Positions 1 to 5,808 of a DNA stretch of 64,000 bases are shown here, one piece after another; the first letter of the stretch is position 1, and each line of letters opens with the position of its first letter. Source of the DNA: Gemmatimonadales bacterium (GTDB lineage: Bacteria > Gemmatimonadota > Gemmatimonadetes > Gemmatimonadales > GWC2-71-9); NCBI GenBank assembly GCA_036556505.1, contig DATBJH010000079.1, positions 1,629 to 65,628 on the forward strand. Reading direction: 5' to 3'. Made by a program: the position numbers and the translations under genes. The notes under the pieces are model-generated. The model saw only the letters and a program-made list of their open reading frames with translations. It did not search any database and had not been told where the DNA came from.

Positions 1-116
1 CCTCGAAGGCCCGCTGGACCAGCGGGAGCATGTCGCGCGGAATGGCTCAAATCCTGTGGGCGTTATCCCATAGTCGCGCTCGCGGCCAAGGTGCGCAAGA
101 CGCGGCTCGATGTCGC

Positions 117-2177
117 TCAGAGCAGGAGGTCGGAGCGGATCCGGCTGCGAACGGCCCACCAGAGTGCCGCCCAGACGTTCGCCTCGCGGAGAACCACCCT
201 CGCTTCGCCCGTCATCCCGGGCCGGAGCGCGCCCGTGGGCGGCAGGGCGACCCTCGACTCTACGGTTCCGTCCGCGGAAGCCGCCGCGGCCACGCTTGCC
301 ACCGTCGCATCCACCCGAAGCCCCGGGTCGGCGTGAGCGATCAGCAGCGCCCGCTGGCCCGGGCGGGTCAGCGAAGCTCCGGCTCCCGAGAGGGCCACCC
401 TGGCCTCGGTCCCCGGGCCGCCGGCCACTCCCAGCAGGGTATCGCCGACCGAAACCATACGGCCCACCAGCGTATCCGGGCGCACCGTGGTGACGACGCC
501 CGGACCGGGGGAGCGGATCGCGAGCTGGCGAACCCGCTCCCGCAGCCCGGCAAGCCGGGTGGTCTCCGCCCTGCCCTCCGCCGCGATTCGAGCCATCTCG
601 CCCTGCGCGCCTCGGGCACGCGCCCCGGCCTCACGCACGGCGAGGGAGTCCACTGCGCGTCCCAGCGCCGCCACCTCTCTCTCCAGCTCGAGATTGCGGA
701 CCAGTACCAGCGGGTCGCCGGCGCGGACCCTCGCGCCTTCGGTCACCGACACCTCGAAGACCAGACCGCTGTCGGGGGCGATTACCGGCCAGGTGCTGCC
801 CGGGGCGACGACGAATGCCCCGTCGGCGCTGATCGGCCAGGGAAGGAACCCGGCCGCGACGACCAGGAGCAGAAGGGCGATGGCAGGCCGGCGGAATCGC
901 CGCGCTTTCGTCTCCGGCGCCCATTTGGCCTGCAGCTCGCGCCAGGCGGCGGCGACCGTGCGCCTCAAATCCCGGCGTGCCTGTCGGGTCACCAGCCACA
1001 GCACCAGCACCAGCGCCGCGATCCCGACCCCGCCGAGGACCCGTGAGACCCAGCCGTAGGCGATCGCGGCCGTCACCAGAAAGATCATGCTCGTGTACGC
1101 CGCGGCCAGCGTACCGTAGAGCAGGAAAATCCGCTGCTCCCGCTCATCCGCCGGCGGCATGGGCAGGTCCTGGCCCAGCACCCGCGTCCGCAGGAGCCAG
1201 GCGACGTGGCCGAACGCGCGTTGCCGCAGGTTGGGGACCTCCAGCCAGTCACTCAGCGCGTAGTAGCCGTCCAGGGGGATCAGAGGGTTCAGGTTCACGA
1301 GGACTGCCGCGAGCCCTCCGACCATCACGAAGGCGAGCGCGACATCGGAGGCCGCGGTTCCCGGCGCCGCGAGCCACCAGATGATGGCGGCGATGCCCGC
1401 CACGACCATCTCGATCCACGATCCCGCCGCCGTCACCCACAGCCGCGCCCTCCGCTCGGGGAAAGTCCAGGCGTCGTTCACGTTGCAGAAGAAGGCCAGC
1501 TCGAAGTAGAAGAGCATCGCGCCGATCTCGTGGACTTTCCCGCCGAAGTACTTGCAGGTATACCCGTGAGCCAGCTCATGCACCGCGACGATCACCATGG
1601 TGACCGCCCACAGCAACACATAGTCTCCCAGCGATGCCCGCAGCAGGTACACGGTGGCCATGGCGGCCGCGAACTCCGACCACTTCAGCCCCAGAATCAC
1701 CAGGTAGATGACGAAGAGCGCGACGGAGACCGTCAGGAAACCGCGGGTGAAGAAGAAGCGGAGGTAGGGCATGGTCCGGTCCATCAGTCGGTCCGGATCG
1801 CCGACGGACCACCTCAGCCGGAGGATGTCCCCCTGGAACATGCCGGGCCGGAGTCGCTTGCGGCGCTGCGCCCGCAGCCGCTCCATCAGCAGGACCGAGC
1901 TCTCCCGCAGGGTCCGCTCACAGAGCCCCATCGTCTTGAGCTTCTCCGCGAAGCGCGAGACCGCCACCGCGCTCACCTTGATGCCACGCTCCACCAGCTC
2001 GGCCGCGGCCTCGGCCGGGGTGCGGCGGCCGTCCAGCGACCTCATGACGGCGATCTCGAGCGGACGAAAGCGGAAGTACTTGCCGGCGGTGGGATCCTTC
2101 ACGATGAAGCTCTGCTCGCCCCGGTAGGTCTGCTCGACGAGGACGAGGTCGGGACGGAGGCGGGGATACTCGCTCAC
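117..2177 (-). CDS. Site-2-protease (peptidase M50) membrane metalloprotease fused to a C-terminal HlyD-like periplasmic adaptor domain
   Basis: 686-aa ORF. HELAHG zinc motif and downstream NLNPLIPLDGYY (S2P NxxPxxxLDG motif) within multiple hydrophobic helices. The last ~240 aa look like an HlyD/MFP lipoyl, coiled-coil and barrel module. GTG start overlaps the upstream stop (GTGA at 2174-2177). Confidence 0.85.
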   Translation of the reverse strand: MSEYPRLRPDLVLVEQTYRGEQSFIVKDPTAGKYFRFRPLEIAVMRSLDGRRTPAEAAAELVERGIKVSAVAVSRFAEKLKTMGLCERTLRESSVLLMERLRAQRRKRLRPGMFQGDILRLRWSVGDPDRLMDRTMPYLRFFFTRGFLTVSVALFVIYLVILGLKWSEFAAAMATVYLLRASLGDYVLLWAVTMVIVAVHELAHGYTCKYFGGKVHEIGAMLFYFELAFFCNVNDAWTFPERRARLWVTAAGSWIEMVVAGIAAIIWWLAAPGTAASDVALAFVMVGGLAAVLVNLNPLIPLDGYYALSDWLEVPNLRQRAFGHVAWLLRTRVLGQDLPMPPADEREQRIFLLYGTLAAAYTSMIFLVTAAIAYGWVSRVLGGVGIAALVLVLWLVTRQARRDLRRTVAAAWRELQAKWAPETKARRFRRPAIALLLLVVAAGFLPWPISADGAFVVAPGSTWPVIAPDSGLVFEVSVTEGARVRAGDPLVLVRNLELEREVAALGRAVDSLAVREAGARARGAQGEMARIAAEGRAETTRLAGLRERVRQLAIRSPGPGVVTTVRPDTLVGRMVSVGDTLLGVAGGPGTEARVALSGAGASLTRPGQRALLIAHADPGLRVDATVASVAAAASADGTVESRVALPPTGALRPGMTGEARVVLREANVWAALWWAVRSRIRSDLLL

Positions 2178-3163
2178 GGGCCGCGCCGCACCAGCTTCTC
2201 CCCGGGCGCCACGCCGCTCACCACCTCGACCCGATCGCCGGGCAGCTCGCCGCCGAGGGTCACCTGACGGAGCGATGCCCGCTCATCCTCCCAGACCAGG
2301 GCGTACCCCTCGTCCACCGCTTCGCGCGGCACCGCGACCACCCGGCGCCGCTCCGAGCCGATCTTCAGGGTGACGCTGCTGCCGGGCGGCATCCGGTCGC
2401 CCGACACCAGCTGCACCACCACCTCGCGGGTTCCGCTGGCCGCGTCGATCACCGGACTGGCCCGCACCACCCTGGCGCGGGCGCGCTCGCCTCTGGGCCC
2501 GACGACCTCCGCCTCCGCGCCGAGCTTCACGCCGAAGGCGGAGGCCTCCGGCACCCGCACGGAGGCGAGCACCGGCACGAGCGCGGTGACGTGAAACAGA
2601 GAGTCGCCGGACTCGACCAGGCGGCCCACCCGCGCGGTGCGGCCCGTGATGGCGCCGTCGAAGGGCGAGGCGATCCGCGTCAGGTCGAAGTCTCGCTGGG
2701 CCTTGCGCAGGCTGAGCACCGCCTCGCGCAACTCCAGCTCGACTCGCTCCGAGTCGGCCTGGGTGACCACCCCCGCCGACTTGAGCGCCCGCTGCCGCTC
2801 CGCCTGCACCACGGCATTGTCGTGCCGGTCCTTCGCCTGCTCCAGCGCGATGGTCTGGTCGGTGTTCTCCAGCCGGGCCAGCAGCTGCCCGGTGCGGACT
2901 CTCCCGCCCAGGTCCACCAGCACCGACTCGACCACCCCTGGCGATCGGGCATAGATCGCGGCGTCGTGCTCGACGTAGAGCTGCGCGGGCAGGGAGAGCG
3001 GGAGCTCCACCGTGATGGTATCCGCGGTGACGAGGGAAGCTGCCGTCGCCGCGTCGGCGACTTCCTCCGCGGGCTTCCCCGAATCGCGGTGGTCGTCGCC
3101 ATCGGCGCGGCTGCACGCCACCGAGCCGAGGACCAGGAGGAGTGGGATGGCGTTGCGTCTCAT
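2174..3163 (-). CDS. HlyD/RND-type periplasmic adaptor (membrane fusion protein) lipoprotein
   Basis: ORF 2174-3196 trimmed to the ATG at 3163 (MRRNAIPLLLVLGSVAC lipobox). ATGA overlap with the stop of the upstream gene (3160-3163). Lipoyl-like, coiled-coil and beta-barrel pattern typical of MFPs. Confidence 0.8.
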   Translation of the reverse strand: MRRNAIPLLLVLGSVACSRADGDDHRDSGKPAEEVADAATAASLVTADTITVELPLSLPAQLYVEHDAAIYARSPGVVESVLVDLGGRVRTGQLLARLENTDQTIALEQAKDRHDNAVVQAERQRALKSAGVVTQADSERVELELREAVLSLRKAQRDFDLTRIASPFDGAITGRTARVGRLVESGDSLFHVTALVPVLASVRVPEASAFGVKLGAEAEVVGPRGERARARVVRASPVIDAASGTREVVVQLVSGDRMPPGSSVTLKIGSERRRVVAVPREAVDEGYALVWEDERASLRQVTLGGELPGDRVEVVSGVAPGEKLVRRGP

Positions 3164-5100
3164 GCCCAGAGCCTCCACCAGAAGAGTCGGGCCCATCGCG
3201 CCGGCCCGCGCAGGATCCGCTCGATCGTAGAGGCTGGCGCCGTCAGCACCCGCGCATGAGCGGCCATCTCGGCTTTCAGAAGCCCACCCTCGTTGGGGAT
3301 CGCCGCGCGCACCGGGTACCAGACCTCGCCGTCCACCACGTGCGGGAGTTGGGCGATCGAGATGACCCGTCCTTCGAACGTGTGCGAAGGCAGCGCGTCG
3401 ACCCGCACCCGCACCTCCTGCCCCGGCCGGACCCGCAACACGTCGTGCTGTGCCACCCCGAGCTCCAGCTCGAGGGTGTCGGTGCGCCCGAGGACCAGCA
3501 GCTGGTCACCTTCGGCCAACGATGCGCCGACTCGCTCCTCCAGCCGTGGGGTCAATACCACTCCATCGGCCGGCGCGCGTACCTGGGTGAGACTCAGCTC
3601 CTCGTCGAGCAGAGCCAGCTCGCGGCGCAGCGCATCCGCGCGGATCCGCTGAATGCGCTCTTCGGCCGCGTCCCCGCGGCTGGCGGCCAGCGCGGCCAGC
3701 CGATCGGCCGTGGCCGCATCCGCCGCCTTGGCCTGCCGGTCGGTGGCCAGGGGGGTGGCCCGGAGCACCGCGAGGAGGTCCCCCCGCCGGACCCGTGAGC
3801 CTTCCCGCACTCCGATCCGCTCCACGGTGCCGTCCACCAGCACCCGCACCGGCGTCAGGCTGCTGGGCCGGAACAGCGGATCGGTCCCCGACACCCGGAG
3901 GGGCCAGTGCACGAGGGCCAGCGCCAGCACGACGAGGAAGGCGATACCGGCGTAGGTCAGGACCTTGCGCCGGCTCCAGCTCCGCATGGCTTGTCGCTTC
4001 GCCGCCAGCGCCCCCAGGGTTTCCACCAGCGGCACCTGGTGGTAGAGCTGCGCATTGCGGAGCGCGACGCCGGTCTGGTTCGCCAGGATCGCCGCCACTT
4101 CCCGCTGCGTGTCGCCCGCGAAGTCGGGCGTGCCGGACTCGTAGAGCAGCACCCCCAGGACGCCCTCGTCATCCTTGAGCGGCAGGTACAGGGCGCTTCT
4201 CACCTGGTCCTTGGCCAGGTCCTCGCCGAAGATGGTGACGAAGAGCCGCTCCGCGTCCGACGAGGGGTCCTGGCTGTCGGTCAGGTACAGCGGCTCGCCG
4301 CGGCCCGCGGCCCACTCGGCGCGTGCGATCAGGTCGCGCAGCCCGGGGTCCTCGGGGTCGACCTTCTCGGCGCCCGCGACCGCGCGGATCTCGCATTTGC
4401 CACGGTCGTACAGGCCCACCGCGCCGCGGTCGAACGTGAGCGCCTGTGAGGAGAGGTTCACCACCGACTGGAGCACCCGATCCATGTCGAGGGTCGCGGT
4501 GATCTCGCGGCTGATCTCGAGCAGCACCGCCAGGTCCTTCGCCCGGCGCTCCGCGCTGTGCAGCTGCGCGTTACGGATCGCGCCGGCCGCCGCAGCGGCC
4601 AGGCCTTCGAGCAGCTCGCGGTCGTTCGCGTCGAAGGCCCCGGTTCCGGTCTGCTTGTCCACCACCTGCACGGCACCGACCGTGACGCCCCCCGCCACCA
4701 TGGCGGTCGCCATGACCGTCGTGGAGATGGTATCTCCCGCGGCTTCGGTCGCCTCCTGGAAGCGGGGGTCGCGGACCGCCTCCATCACCATGGTCGTGCG
4801 CTGCTTCTTGGCCACGTCCCCCACGAACCCGGTCCCGACCGGCATCTTCGCGCCCACGAGCTTGCTCCCGGCGCCACCGACGGCGAGTCGGCAGTGGAGC
4901 ATGTCGCCCTCGGCGATCCAGAGCGAGCCGCCGGCCGCGCCCACGGCTGCGAGCACCCGGTCGAAGACCTGGGGCAGCAGCTGGTCGTAATCCAGGGTCG
5001 CGTTGAACTCGAGGGTGATCGAGTGGAGAAGGCGGAGCCGTTCGACTTCCCTGCGCAACTCCTCCAGCGACGCTGGCGGCACGCTCAGCAGGTCGGTCAT
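3160..5100 (-). CDS. Dual GAF domain protein with a TM helix and a C-terminal HlyD-like adaptor domain
   Basis: 646-aa ORF. Two GAF-like segments (aa ~25-170 and ~190-340), a hydrophobic helix (YAGIAFLVVLALALV), then an HlyD-like lipoyl, coiled-coil and barrel region. Confidence 0.85.
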   Translation of the reverse strand: MTDLLSVPPASLEELRREVERLRLLHSITLEFNATLDYDQLLPQVFDRVLAAVGAAGGSLWIAEGDMLHCRLAVGGAGSKLVGAKMPVGTGFVGDVAKKQRTTMVMEAVRDPRFQEATEAAGDTISTTVMATAMVAGGVTVGAVQVVDKQTGTGAFDANDRELLEGLAAAAAGAIRNAQLHSAERRAKDLAVLLEISREITATLDMDRVLQSVVNLSSQALTFDRGAVGLYDRGKCEIRAVAGAEKVDPEDPGLRDLIARAEWAAGRGEPLYLTDSQDPSSDAERLFVTIFGEDLAKDQVRSALYLPLKDDEGVLGVLLYESGTPDFAGDTQREVAAILANQTGVALRNAQLYHQVPLVETLGALAAKRQAMRSWSRRKVLTYAGIAFLVVLALALVHWPLRVSGTDPLFRPSSLTPVRVLVDGTVERIGVREGSRVRRGDLLAVLRATPLATDRQAKAADAATADRLAALAASRGDAAEERIQRIRADALRRELALLDEELSLTQVRAPADGVVLTPRLEERVGASLAEGDQLLVLGRTDTLELELGVAQHDVLRVRPGQEVRVRVDALPSHTFEGRVISIAQLPHVVDGEVWYPVRAAIPNEGGLLKAEMAAHARVLTAPASTIERILRGPARWARLFWWRLWA

Positions 5101-5145
5101 GGCCAGATTATGTGACAGGAGTGACGGTTTGGATAGAGGGCGGCG

Positions 5146-5184
5146 CCAAAAGCAAGCGCCGGCCCGGGACTGCCGAGCCGGCGC
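5146..5184 (-). terminator. Stem-loop plus T-tract (terminator/attenuator) after small peptide gene 1
   Basis: Minus strand reads GCGCCGGC-T-CGG CAGTC CCG-G-GCCGGCGC followed by TTGCTTTTGG. It lies between the peptide stop (5206) and the GAF-HlyD start (5100). Confidence 0.5.
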
Positions 5185-5205
5185 CGGGCTTGAAACGGAT
5201 GCTGC

Positions 5206-5361
5206 TTACTTCGGGAAGCCCTTCTTCCGGGGGGCGATCCTCTCCTCCAGCTCTTCCACCGAAAGCTCCACCGCCTCGGCGTCCTTACCAGTGGCATCGC
5301 GGACCTTGGCCTTCTGCTCGGGCGTCAAGTCGATGCGGATCGGGTTCTTGGGGCTGTCCAT
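5206..5361 (-). CDS. Small peptide 1 (51 aa), paralog of peptide 2; candidate precursor/signal peptide
   Basis: MDSPKNPIRIDLTPEQKAKVRDATGKDAEAVELSVEELEERIAPRKKGFPK. Strong SD (GGAGGAAACA) directly before the ATG at 5361. Shares MDS.K.P..TPEQK.K and VELSVEELEERIAPR.KG with the neighbouring peptide. Confidence 0.7.
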   Translation of the reverse strand: MDSPKNPIRIDLTPEQKAKVRDATGKDAEAVELSVEELEERIAPRKKGFPK

Positions 5362-5428
5362 TGTTTCCTCCGAGTAGTGAGCAGGCACTGGAGCGGGTCA
5401 GGAAGTCGGACGTAATGTCTGTCCCGGC

Positions 5429-5466
5429 CGTGAATCTATCGTAAAGGACAGGACGCCTATCGTGAA
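5429..5466 (-). promoter_or_regulatory. Three direct hexamer repeats (TTCACG/TTTACG) upstream of peptide 1
   Basis: Plus-strand CGTGAA at 5429-5434, CGTAAA at 5440-5445 and CGTGAA at 5461-5466 (spacing 11 and 21 nt). The proximal repeat is ~68 nt from the ATG. The same layout occurs upstream of peptide 2. Confidence 0.45.
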
Positions 5467-5500
5467 TTGAGCGACGGAGGGCCCGGGTCCCGAAATGCCG

Positions 5501-5531
5501 AACGCCGGCCCGTGCAGGACGAGCCGGCGTT
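5501..5531 (-). terminator. Stem-loop after small peptide gene 2 (paralogous to the 5146-5184 hairpin)
   Basis: Minus strand reads AACGCCGGC-T-CGT CCTGC ACG-G-GCCGGCGTT. It has the same bulged architecture as the hairpin after peptide 1, but only a weak T-tract (CGGCATTTCGGG). Confidence 0.4.
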
Positions 5532-5555
5532 TGCCTCGGAGGGAACCGGGGCTTG

Positions 5556-5690
5556 CTAGAGGCCCTTGGTCCGGGGGGCGATTCTCTCCTCCAGCTCTTC
5601 CACCGAGAGCTCCACCGTCTCGTCCTTCGCGGTCTTGGTGGTCTTGCCCTTCTGCTCGGGGGTGGGGGTCGGGCTCTTGGAGCTGTCCAT
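5556..5690 (-). CDS. Small peptide 2 (44 aa), paralog of peptide 1
   Basis: MDSSKSPTPTPEQKGKTTKTAKDETVELSVEELEERIAPRTKGL. SD GGAGGGAACC directly before the ATG at 5690. It forms the C-terminal end of the otherwise spurious 5556-6746 ORF. Confidence 0.7.
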   Translation of the reverse strand: MDSSKSPTPTPEQKGKTTKTAKDETVELSVEELEERIAPRTKGL

Positions 5691-5758
5691 GGTTCCCTCC
5701 TGAAGGTTGTGGCGACCGGCCATGTCGTCGAAGACCTGGGAGCAAAGTCGGCCCCACC

Positions 5759-5797
5759 CGTGAATCTTGCGTGAAACCTCTCTTGCCTCACCGTGAA
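5759..5797 (-). promoter_or_regulatory. Three direct TTCACG repeats upstream of peptide 2, in the divergent promoter region shared with the SARP regulator
   Basis: Plus-strand CGTGAA at 5759-5764, 5770-5775 and 5792-5797 (spacing 11 and 22 nt). The proximal repeat is ~69 nt from the ATG at 5690. Confidence 0.45.
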
Positions 5798-5808
5798 ACA
5801 GGCGTAGG

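Noticed and set aside
1-116. Possible start of a further minus-strand gene (ATG at 31, MLPLVQRAFE...) downstream of the M50-HlyD gene.
   Set aside because: Only ~10 codons are visible and there is no convincing SD, so it cannot be supported as a feature. I mention it only because the operon may continue beyond the window edge.
30-1046. Long plus-strand ORF (338 aa) and many similar ORFs elsewhere: 7671-9014 (-), 9803-11233 (-), 15253-17880 (-), 25288-27138 (+), 37587-39458 (-), 40963-42207 (-), 46675-48804 (-), 54005-55591 (-), 62263-63579 (-).
   Set aside because: They are antisense or off-frame shadow ORFs typical of high-GC DNA. Their translations are Arg/Pro/Gly/Ala-rich with no recognisable motifs. 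Each lies opposite or over a gene with clear family signatures.
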